Assembly (NCBI GenBank): GCA_043783505.1
Contig: JAYVZL010000035.1
Coordinates: 1 to 41,857, forward strand
Reading direction: 5' to 3'
Length of the DNA stretch: 41,857 nucleotides
DNA from: Elusimicrobiota bacterium
Lineage (GTDB): Bacteria > Elusimicrobiota > Elusimicrobia > UBA1565 > UBA9628
Position 1 is the first letter of the stretch. Each line of letters starts with the position of its first letter. Both the position numbers and the translations under genes were made by a program. Positions 1 through 8,176 of the stretch are shown here, in pieces. The notes below the pieces were generated by a model. It was not told the DNA's origin. It saw only the letters and a program-made list of their open reading frames with translations, and searched no databases.

Positions 1-527
1 AATAGCGGCACCTTCTGCTTGATCATCGTCTCGGCGATGTAGTCCTTTATTCGCGTCATCAGCAGGCCCTTGAACAGATCCGCCAGTGCCTCGATCGTAA
101 ACTCGCCTCTGGTCGCCGAGAGCTGCGCGAAGACGAGGCGCGAGTCGCTGACCTTGATCCCGAACTGACCGAAAGCCCGCACGGGGAGCGGCACCTTGTA
201 GACGGGGTCGAGCAAAGGGATGGGGTTGGTCGTGCCCCATTTGACGTCTAGATGGGCGGCCTTGCTGACGAAATAGATCTCGGCGGCAAACGGCGTTTGG
301 CCGCCGAACGGGACTTCGACCAAACCGCGCAGAAGAGGAAGGTTGGCCGTCTTCAGCGTGTGGGTCCCCGGACCAAGCACGTCGGCGATCTGACCGCCCT
401 TGAGGAAAAGCGCTTCCTGGGATTGATTGACGATGACTTGAGTGCCCCAGGTGAGGTCGCCCGTCGGGAACTTCCACACCAAGACGTTCGCCGAACCGTC
501 GAATTTCACTACGTCAATGATAGGCAT
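1..527 (-). CDS. SPFH/Band-7 superfamily protein (Band_7_1, YdjI-like 'virion core protein-like' type). Only the N-terminal ~175 codons are present; the 3' end lies beyond the left window edge
   Basis: Absent from the ORF track because it is open at the window edge. The complement of 525-527 is ATG, preceded by GGAGAA. Reading leftwards gives MPIIDVVKFDGSANVLVWKFPTGDLTWGTQVIVNQSQEALFLKGGQIADVLGPGTHTLKTANLPLL... with no stop down to base 1. It starts 11 nt after the stop of the upstream gene. The family call is from remembered N-terminal sequence pattern. Confidence 0.75.
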   Translation of the reverse strand, partial: MPIIDVVKFDGSANVLVWKFPTGDLTWGTQVIVNQSQEALFLKGGQIADVLGPGTHTLKTANLPLLRGLVEVPFGGQTPFAAEIYFVSKAAHLDVKWGTTNPIPLLDPVYKVPLPVRAFGQFGIKVSDSRLVFAQLSATRGEFTIEALADLFKGLLMTRIKDYIAETMIKQKVPL

Positions 528-537
528 TGTCTTCTCC

Positions 538-2436
538 TTACGCCGGCCGGGCAACGGCGGCTTTCGCGGCCGCGATGGATCCCTTAGCCTTACGATATAA
601 AGCGGTGCGCTCCTCTTTCAACATGGCGCGGACCTCTTTCTCCGCCATCGAAAGCCGTCCGGCGAAAGCGATCAGCATCCTTATCTCCTCATTAGTGACC
701 CTTCCGTCCGCGAAGCTCATCTGCATGAGGCCGCGAAGAATGTTTTCCGCTTCCTCGGCGCTGCGCGGCTGAGGCGCGGCCAATTGGCCGGCTTGGGCGG
801 CGGCGATGAGGCTCGAGGTCTTCTCGGGGGGAATGCCGCGCTGGCGGGCGTAGGTCTCGAGGTAGGCCCTTTCCCTGGGATCTATCCTGCCGTCAGCGAG
901 CATGGCGGCGGTCATGACGGCAAAGGCGTCGGCTGGGACTAAGTTCGTGGACCAATCCAGCAGCACCGGCAATTCAGCGTTCGAGTCCAACTGAAGCGGC
1001 ATCGTCCACTCCGCGGCGGGCTGCATGCCGACGAGCACCCATTGCCGGCTGCCGTCGTTGAAGGCCGTGCCACAATATTCGCATTTGTCCAAATCCCGCT
1101 GGACGGGCGGCGCTCCGCAGCTCGGGCAAACCAGCGAGCGCAGGCCCACGCGGACGTCGGTGCGCACGCCAGGCTTGCGGCCCAAGATGAGAACGTCTTG
1201 GCGGGAGACCTGCTCGACGTCGTCCCCTTCGCGCGCCGCGCCGGACCAGCGGACGACGACGTGGGCGCGGTCAAAATCCTCGCCGGGCTCGAAAGCGAGG
1301 ACGACGACCGTGCCGACCGCCGCCTCGCGGTAGGAGATCGGGCGCGCGGCGATGTACTCGGTCAACTGACGGCAGAAGGTTTGCGTGGCGACGGCCCGCG
1401 CGGCGGCCGCGTCGCCGCGCAGCAGCGCGGATTGCCAGCGCCAGAAAGCGGCCGAGGCTCGGTCCTCCAAGAACTGGACGTTGAGCTCGGGGTCGCTTTC
1501 CGCCAACAACCCAAGACCGGGAACATCGTGCTCGGGATCGCGCACCCCCCACTCGCAGGTCTGGGTGATCTTGGACAGGACCCAGTCGTACTGCCCGGAG
1601 TTGACCCAAGACTTGCAAGCGTCGCAGCGCGCGGCGTCGGCGATGGCCAGCGGCGCGCCGCAATTGGGGCAGAAGCCCTCGATAAGGCCGGGCTTCTTTA
1701 GGGTCTTGGCGCCGGGCCGACGCAGAAAAGTCCAGACCTCCGAGAACGCGGCCTTCGAGCCGTCGCCGCGAACGACCGTCCCGTCAGCCGAGACGTCTGT
1801 GTCGATGGCCTCGGCCCGGATCTCCACATGAATGGTGTCGAAGTATTCATCGGACTCAGCCTGCAGGAGGCTGGCCTCGGTGACTGTGACGTCGGCCATG
1901 TTGTTGCGCCGATTGTCCGCTTTATTCATGTCGAGCTGGATCGAAAATCGCTCCATGACGCCGTCCGTGATGAAAGCGCGCGCAGGCGCCATGTCCTGGC
2001 TGCTCCACGCGTCTTGGATCTTGAGGAAGGCGTTTTCCACGCGGCCGAGAAAGGCCTTGACGTCGAAGGCGGGATCCCGGGCGGTCAGGACGGCGAGGTT
2101 CTTTCTCAAGGAGAGGTCCGACTGAGCTTCGGCGCCGGCCGAAATAGTGCTCGAGATATAGCGAGTCTGGCCGACGAGACCGAAGGAATAGGCGACGTAA
2201 ATGAGGAAAATCGTGAACGGAATTCCGAATAAAGGCTTCATGATGACGAAGGCGATGTAGGCGTCAATGAGTCCGCTGGAGCCACTGCCGGAGTAGCTGC
2301 TTCCGGAGAAACCAGAGCCGCCCGAATAGCTATGACCGCTGGAGTAGCTGTGGCCGCCGCCGGCGCGGCCGAAAACCAACGGCGCGGCAAGAGTCGAGAG
2401 CAAAAGCAGAAAAAAAACCGTCCCCAGGCGGCGCAT
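538..2436 (-). CDS. Membrane protein with a G/S/Y-rich loop, two [Tim44-like domain + CxxC..CxxC zinc ribbon] modules and a C-terminal TerB-like domain
   Basis: The ORF track gives 538..2472 with a TTG start. I prefer the ATG at complement 2434-2436 (MRRLGTVFFLLLL...) because a TTGACA-N17-TACACT promoter ends 7 nt upstream of it. Features: a hydrophobic N-terminus; GGGHSYSSGHSYSGGSGFSGSSYSGSGSSG; a second TM (IAFVIMKPLFGIPFTIFLIYVAYSF); Tim44-like stretches DPAFDVKAFLGRVENAFLKIQDAW and DPELNVQFLEDRASAAFWRWQSAL; zinc ribbons CPNCGAPLAIADAARCDAC and CPSCGAPPVQRDLDKCEYC; TerB-like repeats MLADGRIDPRERAYL and SFADGRVTNEEIRML. Confidence 0.75.
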   Translation of the reverse strand: MRRLGTVFFLLLLSTLAAPLVFGRAGGGHSYSSGHSYSGGSGFSGSSYSGSGSSGLIDAYIAFVIMKPLFGIPFTIFLIYVAYSFGLVGQTRYISSTISAGAEAQSDLSLRKNLAVLTARDPAFDVKAFLGRVENAFLKIQDAWSSQDMAPARAFITDGVMERFSIQLDMNKADNRRNNMADVTVTEASLLQAESDEYFDTIHVEIRAEAIDTDVSADGTVVRGDGSKAAFSEVWTFLRRPGAKTLKKPGLIEGFCPNCGAPLAIADAARCDACKSWVNSGQYDWVLSKITQTCEWGVRDPEHDVPGLGLLAESDPELNVQFLEDRASAAFWRWQSALLRGDAAAARAVATQTFCRQLTEYIAARPISYREAAVGTVVVLAFEPGEDFDRAHVVVRWSGAAREGDDVEQVSRQDVLILGRKPGVRTDVRVGLRSLVCPSCGAPPVQRDLDKCEYCGTAFNDGSRQWVLVGMQPAAEWTMPLQLDSNAELPVLLDWSTNLVPADAFAVMTAAMLADGRIDPRERAYLETYARQRGIPPEKTSSLIAAAQAGQLAAPQPRSAEEAENILRGLMQMSFADGRVTNEEIRMLIAFAGRLSMAEKEVRAMLKEERTALYRKAKGSIAAAKAAVARPA

Positions 2437-2443
2437 CGAGCCT

Positions 2444-2472
2444 AGTGTAGCGGGCAACTTCCGAAGTGTCAA
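2444..2472 (-). promoter_or_regulatory. Sigma70-type promoter (-35 TTGACA, 17-nt spacer, -10 TACACT) placed for a leaderless transcript of the Tim44/TerB gene
   Basis: The minus strand reads TTGACA cttcggaagttgcccgc TACACT aggctcg ATG. The -35 is the complement of 2467-2472, the -10 the complement of 2444-2449, and the ATG the complement of 2434-2436. There is no Shine-Dalgarno in the 7-nt gap. Confidence 0.5.
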
Positions 2473-2527
2473 CGGCCGCCCGGGCGAGCTCGTCGGACTT
2501 TACGGCCGCTGAAACGGTCTCGGCACT

Positions 2528-2548
2528 ATGTGGCAGATGTGATGCTTT
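2528..2548 (+). repeat. Third copy of the ATGTnGCAGATGTGATnCTTT motif (see 33674-33738)
   Basis: atgtGgcagatgtgatGcttt matches 33676-33696 (atgtAgcagatgtgatActtt) at 19 of 21 positions. It lies in the 100-bp intergenic region between the ssb stop and the Tim44/TerB promoter. Confidence 0.55.
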
Positions 2549-2572
2549 TGCTCGGCGCACGACCGATTTTAA

Positions 2573-3013
2573 TTAGAATGGGACTTCTTCGATCGTCTCG
2601 TCTCCGCCGCTTGAGGGCTTAGACGCGGCGCCGGAGGGCCGGCTCATCGCGGCTCCGCCTTCGCGCTTCTCGAGGAACTGGAAGTCGTCGACGTAGACGA
2701 CCATCTTCGACGCCTTCTTGCCGTCTTCCTTCCCCGCCCACTCCTCAAGGACGAGATGGCCCTCGACGTAGATCTGCTGTCCCTTCTTCAAAGACGACTC
2801 GACGAGATCGGCCATCTTGCGGCCGGTGTCGCGATTGAACACCTTCAGATCGATCCAAACCGGAGCGTCTTCCCACTCGCCGCTTTGCTTGTTCTTCTTG
2901 CGGTTGTTGACCGCGAAGCCGACGTTGGCGACCTTGCCGCCGTTTCCGAAGGTCTTGATCTCCGGGTCGCGGGTGAGACGGCCGATCAGCATGACTTTGT
3001 TCAGGTTCGCCAT
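2573..3013 (-). CDS. ssb: Single-stranded DNA-binding protein
   Basis: 146 aa. The N-terminal OB fold begins MANLNKVMLIGRLTRDPEIK..FGNGGKVANVGFAVN. It has a Gly/Ser/Pro-rich linker and an acidic tail ending IEEVPF, which matches the classic SSB C-terminal D-D-I-P-F type tip. Confidence 0.95.
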   Translation of the reverse strand: MANLNKVMLIGRLTRDPEIKTFGNGGKVANVGFAVNNRKKNKQSGEWEDAPVWIDLKVFNRDTGRKMADLVESSLKKGQQIYVEGHLVLEEWAGKEDGKKASKMVVYVDDFQFLEKREGGAAMSRPSGAASKPSSGGDETIEEVPF

Positions 3014-3164
3014 CGTGGACTCCGTTGCGTCGAGATTAATCCGTCAGAGATAGAGTAGCACGACTCAGCGCTTGCCGTTGTGGCGCTTTGCGAAGATCTT
3101 ACTACACCGTCTCAATGGCTCACCCAGCCGGCGCGATCTATAATCGCCGAAGAACGGGGGATAG

Positions 3165-3605
3165 ATGACGTCGTGGAAGGAAACATGCGAGCGGCTGGAC
3201 GCGGCTGTCATTAGCTGGACGGCCCGGCACGGCACGGACTTCCTGCGCATCGCGCTGGGAATCGTGTTTATTTGGTTTGGCGCCTTAAAAGTTCTGAAGG
3301 TCAGCCCGGTGGCGGATCTAGTAGGGCAAACAGTGTATTGGGTGAGGCCCGAAGTCGCGGTGCCGTTTCTAGGCTGGTGGGAAGCGCTCGTGGGCTTGGG
3401 ATTAATCTTCCGCAAGGCGCTGCGAACCGTCTTGTTTCTTCTCTTCCTTCAGATGAGCGGCACTTTCTTGGTGCTGGTGATGCATCCCGACCTGTCCTTT
3501 CAGGCCGGGAATATTTTCAAACTGACGCTGGTTGGCGAATTCGTCGTCAAAAATATCGTCCTGATCGCCGCCGGCCTGGTCATCGCCCGAACCGTAAAGC
3601 GCTAA
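3165..3605 (+). CDS. Small integral membrane protein (DoxX / DUF417 YkgB-like, about 4 TM)
   Basis: 146 aa with four hydrophobic segments (FLRIALGIVFIWFGALK, FLGWWEALVGLGLIF, VLFLLFLQMSGTFLVLV, NIVLIAAGLVIA). GGGGGA sits upstream of the ATG and TATAAT lies at 3139-3144. Confidence 0.55.
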   Translation: MTSWKETCERLDAAVISWTARHGTDFLRIALGIVFIWFGALKVLKVSPVADLVGQTVYWVRPEVAVPFLGWWEALVGLGLIFRKALRTVLFLLFLQMSGTFLVLVMHPDLSFQAGNIFKLTLVGEFVVKNIVLIAAGLVIARTVKR

Positions 3606-3703
3606 ACCTCCGACGAAAGAATCAAGAACACAAAGTCTTTACGCCGCGGGCATCGCAGGCGGCGCCGGCCGCATGCTTAGATTCCTCCGAGAAGGAGGGC
3701 GCG

Positions 3704-4756
3704 ATGAACCATGACCCCGGCCCGCTGAGGATCGCCCAAGTCGCTCCGCTAATCGAATCGGTTCCCCCGCGCGCTTACGGCGGCACCGAGAGGGTCGTCT
3801 CCTATTTGACGGAGGAGCTCGTCCGCTTGGGACACGACGTGACGCTTTTCGCTAGCTCCGACTCGCGCTCCAGCGCGCGCCTGATCTCGGGCTGCGACGG
3901 TTCGCTTCGTCTCAACGGCCACGCCCAAGCCGGCCTGGCCCAGCATCTCTTGCTTCTCGAGAAGGTCTCGGCCCGCTGCCGAGAATTCGACATCATCCAC
4001 TTCCACGTGGACTACCTTCATTTCCCTATGACCCGCCTCTTGGGAGCGCCCAACTTGACCACGCTGCACGGACGGCTGGACGGCCCCGAGCTTAAGCCGA
4101 TCTTCGACGAGTACCGCGACATGCCGCTCGCCTCCATTTCAAACGCGCAGCGAACACCTCTCGCGTTCGCGAATTGGGCGGGCACCGTCTATCACGGTCT
4201 TCCGCAGAATCTGCTTGGACCAAACGGGCGTCCAGAGGGCTATCTCGCCTTCCTGGGCAGAATCTCGCCGGAAAAGGGCGTCGACCAGGCCATAGAGATC
4301 GCGCGGCGCGCCGGACGACGGATCAAGATCGCCGCAAAGATAGACCCCATCGACGGGGATTACTATGAGCGCAAGATCGAGGAACTCATGCGCCAGCCCC
4401 ACGTGGAGTTTTTGGGCGAGATCGGCGAAGCCGAGAAGGCGCGCTTCCTCGGCGGCGCTCACGCCCTTCTTTTTCCCATCAACTGGCCCGAGCCTTTCGG
4501 CCTGACTGTCATCGAGGCCATGGCCTGCGGAACGCCCACGATCGCGTTCAACCGCGGCTCCGTCCCCGAGATCATCGAGAACGGCGTCACTGGCTACATC
4601 GTCAACAACGCCGACGAGGCCGTGAGCGCGCTGAGCAAGCTCGAGGGTTTCGATCGGAAGCGATGCCGCGAGCGCTTCGAGCGGCGCTTCAGCGTTCAAA
4701 GGATGGCCGAGGATTATCTGGCGCTGTACCGGCGCCTCCTCAAGAGGCCGGCATGA
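3704..4756 (+). CDS. Glycosyltransferase family 4 (GT-B, retaining type)
   Basis: The track ORF 3272..4756 has a spurious 5' extension. ATG 3704 is preceded by GAAGGAGGG. N-terminus: RIAQVAPLIESVPPRAYGGTERVV. C-terminal GT1/GT4 motif: EPFGLTVIEAMACGTPTIAFNRGSVPEII. Confidence 0.85.
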   Translation: MNHDPGPLRIAQVAPLIESVPPRAYGGTERVVSYLTEELVRLGHDVTLFASSDSRSSARLISGCDGSLRLNGHAQAGLAQHLLLLEKVSARCREFDIIHFHVDYLHFPMTRLLGAPNLTTLHGRLDGPELKPIFDEYRDMPLASISNAQRTPLAFANWAGTVYHGLPQNLLGPNGRPEGYLAFLGRISPEKGVDQAIEIARRAGRRIKIAAKIDPIDGDYYERKIEELMRQPHVEFLGEIGEAEKARFLGGAHALLFPINWPEPFGLTVIEAMACGTPTIAFNRGSVPEIIENGVTGYIVNNADEAVSALSKLEGFDRKRCRERFERRFSVQRMAEDYLALYRRLLKRPA

Positions 4757-6900
4757 GCAAGCCCGCTCCCGTGGATGATTTCTACATCATCACCTCCGGG
4801 GCGCCGGCGGACGAGAATACGCGTGTGCTCAAGCACGGAGAGACCTTCGGCGTCTTTGACTGCCACGGCGACATCCGTCCGATGGGGATGGGCGAGGAGG
4901 GCCTTTACCACGACGGCACGCGGTTCATCTCCCGGTATGAGTTCCTGATAGGACGCGCGCGCCCGCTGTTCTTGAGCTCGACGGTCAAGGAGGACAACGC
5001 GCTCCTGGCCGTGGACCTGACCAATCCCGACATCGGACGCAACGGCGCTCTTGAGCTCGCCCGCGGCGCCGTGCACATCCATCGCACGAAATTCCTAGTC
5101 AACGGCTTTTCCCATGAACGGATCGTCTTCTCCAACTACAGCCTGGAGCCCGCGCGCCTGTCGTTCATGCTCCGCTTGGAGGCCGACTTCGCGGACGTCT
5201 TCGAGGTGCGAGGGCAAAAACGGCCCAAGAGAGGCCTTCGCCTCGCGCCGCGAAAAACGGCGCGCGGCCTGATCTTGTCCTATGAGGGCCTCGACGGCGT
5301 GATCCGCAGCTCGCACGTCGACGCCGCACCCGCGCCGACGCGCACGGAAGGCGCGGACCTGCACTTCGACCTCGCGCTCGAACGCGGCCAACAGACATTT
5401 TTTGACGTGACCGTGCGCTGCGAAGTGGGCGGCGGCCTCGTTCGCGCTCCGCGTTTCTCGCGCGCGCTGGCCGGCGCGGCCAAGCGCGCCAAGGAGCGGC
5501 GCTCGGGCCAGTGCCTCGTTGAGACCTCCAATGAGCAGTTCAATCATTGGCTCAGGCGGTCGCGCTCGGATCTGGCGATGATGATCACCGAGACCCCCGA
5601 GGGCCCGTTTCCTTACGCCGGCGTGCCCTGGTTCTCCGCGGCGTTCGGCCGCGACGCTCTGATCACGGCCATGGAGACGCTTTGGCGCGACCCCCTGCTG
5701 GCGCGCGGCGTCCTAGGCCACCTCGCCGCCACGCAGGCCATGACCGAGGATCCGCTGCGCGAGGCGGAACCTGGAAAAATACTTCACGAGGCGCGCGGCG
5801 GAGAGATGGCCGCGCTCGCGGAAATCCCTTTTAGCCGCTATTACGGAAGCGTGGACGCCACGCCGCTGTTCGTCGTCCTCGCGGGCGAATATCTGACCAG
5901 AACGGACGATCTGACATTCATCAAGTCGATCTGGCCGAATATACAAGCCGCCCTCGCGTGGATCGGCCGCTCCCGCCGCCCGTATCTGTCCTATATGGCC
6001 AAGGCGCCGGGCCTGAGCAACCAAGGCTGGAAGGATTCCGGCGACTCGATCGGACATGAGAGCGGCGAGCTGGCCGGCGCCCCGATCGCGTTGTGCGAGG
6101 TCCAAGCCTACGTCTACGCGGCGAAGCTCCATGGCGCGGCCATAGCCGCGGCACTCGGCCATCCCGCCGATTCACGCCGTCTGCGGTCGGAGGCGCTTGT
6201 GTTCGCCCGCGATTTCGACCGTGATTTTTGGTGCGAGCCGATCGGCAGCTATGCGCTGGCCCTCGACGCGGCGGGCAGCCAATGCCGCGTACGCGCCTCG
6301 AACGCGGGACACTGCCTGACGTTCGGCATTGCGCCGCCTCATCGCTCGGTCCGCGTGACCGAGACGCTCATGGGCGATGATTTCTTCTCGGGCTGGGGCA
6401 TCCGGACGCTGTCCGCGCGCGAGAAGCGCTTTAATCCGATGTCCTACCATAACGGCTCGATATGGCCGCACGACACCGCGTTAATCGGCGCCGGCTTTTT
6501 CAAAAACGGCCTGCCGGACGCCGGCCTGCGGGTTTTCTCGGCCCTGTTCGACGCGAGCGTGTCGACGGAACTGCACCGCCTGCCCGAACTTTTTTGCGGC
6601 TTTGGCCGCCGTCTTGATGAAGGGCCCACTCTCTATCCCGTCGCCTGCAGCCCCCAAGCCTGGGCCGCGGGCGCAGTCGACCTTCTGCTCGCCAGCTGCC
6701 TGGGACTCTCGATCGACGCGCGCAAGCGGCGAGTCTCTTTCCAAAGTCCGAAACTGCCCCCATTTCTGGACAAAGTCAAACTTCTCAACCTCAGCGCGGG
6801 AGAAGGTGCTGTCGACCTCCTTTTGACCCGCCGCGACGCAGGCGTTTCCGCCGAGGTCCTGCGCCGAACCGGCGGCGTCGAGGTCGTGACGATTAAATAG
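4753..6900 (+). CDS. Amylo-alpha-1,6-glucosidase / glycogen-debranching-enzyme family protein (GDE N-terminal-like + GDE_C (alpha/alpha)6 domain)
   Basis: ATG 4753 overlaps the GT4 stop (ATGA). The 715-aa protein carries YAGVPWFSAAFGRDALIT, GKILHE, NQGWKDSGDS, EVQAYVY, HNGSIWPHDTA and CSPQAWAAG. These are typical of bacterial GDE_C proteins as I remember them. Confidence 0.75.
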   Translation: MSKPAPVDDFYIITSGAPADENTRVLKHGETFGVFDCHGDIRPMGMGEEGLYHDGTRFISRYEFLIGRARPLFLSSTVKEDNALLAVDLTNPDIGRNGALELARGAVHIHRTKFLVNGFSHERIVFSNYSLEPARLSFMLRLEADFADVFEVRGQKRPKRGLRLAPRKTARGLILSYEGLDGVIRSSHVDAAPAPTRTEGADLHFDLALERGQQTFFDVTVRCEVGGGLVRAPRFSRALAGAAKRAKERRSGQCLVETSNEQFNHWLRRSRSDLAMMITETPEGPFPYAGVPWFSAAFGRDALITAMETLWRDPLLARGVLGHLAATQAMTEDPLREAEPGKILHEARGGEMAALAEIPFSRYYGSVDATPLFVVLAGEYLTRTDDLTFIKSIWPNIQAALAWIGRSRRPYLSYMAKAPGLSNQGWKDSGDSIGHESGELAGAPIALCEVQAYVYAAKLHGAAIAAALGHPADSRRLRSEALVFARDFDRDFWCEPIGSYALALDAAGSQCRVRASNAGHCLTFGIAPPHRSVRVTETLMGDDFFSGWGIRTLSAREKRFNPMSYHNGSIWPHDTALIGAGFFKNGLPDAGLRVFSALFDASVSTELHRLPELFCGFGRRLDEGPTLYPVACSPQAWAAGAVDLLLASCLGLSIDARKRRVSFQSPKLPPFLDKVKLLNLSAGEGAVDLLLTRRDAGVSAEVLRRTGGVEVVTIK

Positions 6901-6918
6901 GAGTATAATAGCCGCCGG

Positions 6919-8175
6919 ATGATCGATACCCTCGTCTCGCGCAGCGTGGACCGCTGCCGCATGTGCGGTTGCGATGAACTGCACCGCTATCTCGACATGG
7001 GCCGCACGCCGTTGGCCAATTCCTATATAGACGCCAAAGCCCCCGCTGAGCCCGAGTTCGATGAGGAACTCTGTCTCCAAATGTGCCGGGACTGCGGGTT
7101 GTCCCAACTGACGAAGGTCGTGCATCCCGACCGGATGTTCCGCCATTATCTCTACGTCAGCGCCACGACCGCGACCATCCGCGATCATTTCGCGGAATTC
7201 GCCGCCACCGCCGCATCGGCCGTTCGGGCCAAACCGGGCGATCTGGCGCTCGATATCGCCTCCAACGACGGGACTTTGCTCGCCGCTTTCAAGGCCGTCG
7301 GGCTCAAGCCCATCGGCGTCGATCCGGCCGAGAACTTGGCCAAAGAGGCCAACGCCAAGGGCTTGACGACTTGGTGCGATTACTGGTCCAAGGATGTGGC
7401 CCAACGGCTGGCCCGCGAAGTCGGCCGGCCCAAAGTCGTCACCGCCGCCAATGTGTTCGCGCACGCCGACGACCTCCCCGATTTCGTCGACGGCGTGGCG
7501 GCCTGCCTCGCCGAAGACGGCGTCTTCGCCATCGAATGCCCCTACTTGATCGATTTCATCGAGAAAAGCGAGTTCGACACGGCCTATCACGAGCATCTTT
7601 CTTATATCGGCCTCACGCCCTTGGCCGCTCTCATGAAGGCGCGCGGGCTCGAGCTTTTCGACGTCGAGTATTTTCCCGACATCCACGGCGGGACCATCCG
7701 GGCCTACAGCGCGCGCGCCGGCCGGCGCCAGGCGACCGCGCGTCTGGCGGAATTCCTCGCCAAGGAGAAATCGTTCGGCATCAAGGACCCCAAGGTATAC
7801 GATGCCTTCGCCTCTCGGGTCCTGGAAAACCGCGCGCGCTTGCGCGAGCTGGTCGCGCGTCTGCGCGCCGAGGGCCAGACCGTCTGGGCCTACGGCGCCA
7901 GCGCCAAGGGCAACACCCTCATGAACTTCTTCGGCCTTGACGCGGCGTCGGTGCCGCGCGCCATCGACGACAACCCGAAGAAATGGGGCTACTTGAGCCC
8001 CGGCGCGCGCATGGAGATCGTGGGGATCGACGCGCTGAAGTCCGCCAAGGTCGACTGTCTGCTGCTGCTCGCTTGGAATTTTGAGGATGAGATCCGCCGA
8101 CGCTGTCAGGCCGCAGGGTACAAGGGCCGATTCCTGGTCCCCGTGCCGCAGGCCCGGCTCGTGTGCGCCAACTAA
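6919..8175 (+). CDS. NDP-hexose C-methyltransferase-like SAM enzyme (zinc-ribbon N-domain + class I MTase + C-methyltransferase C-domain, TylCIII-like)
   Basis: 418 aa with an N-terminal CRMCGCDELHRYLDMGRTPLANSY ... CRDCGLSQL zinc-binding motif, the SAM motif LALDIASNDGTLL, and HLSYIG plus a C-terminal Rossmann-like WAYGASAKGNTLMNF. Confidence 0.75.
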   Translation: MIDTLVSRSVDRCRMCGCDELHRYLDMGRTPLANSYIDAKAPAEPEFDEELCLQMCRDCGLSQLTKVVHPDRMFRHYLYVSATTATIRDHFAEFAATAASAVRAKPGDLALDIASNDGTLLAAFKAVGLKPIGVDPAENLAKEANAKGLTTWCDYWSKDVAQRLAREVGRPKVVTAANVFAHADDLPDFVDGVAACLAEDGVFAIECPYLIDFIEKSEFDTAYHEHLSYIGLTPLAALMKARGLELFDVEYFPDIHGGTIRAYSARAGRRQATARLAEFLAKEKSFGIKDPKVYDAFASRVLENRARLRELVARLRAEGQTVWAYGASAKGNTLMNFFGLDAASVPRAIDDNPKKWGYLSPGARMEIVGIDALKSAKVDCLLLLAWNFEDEIRRRCQAAGYKGRFLVPVPQARLVCAN

Positions 8176-8176
8176 C

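Noticed and set aside
2410-2417. A8/T8 runs inside coding sequence (2410-2417, 10784-10791, 14821-14828), considered as slippage sites
   Set aside because: Each encodes Phe-Phe(-Leu) in hydrophobic or ordinary segments and leaves the frame intact. They are much shorter than the C11 tract.
2531-2546. Sigma54-like -24/-12 element TGGCAG-N5-ATGC inside motif copy 3
   Set aside because: It points into the 3' end of ssb in the antisense direction. The other two copies of the motif lack the GG/GC dinucleotides (TAGCAG...ATAC), so the resemblance is probably coincidental.
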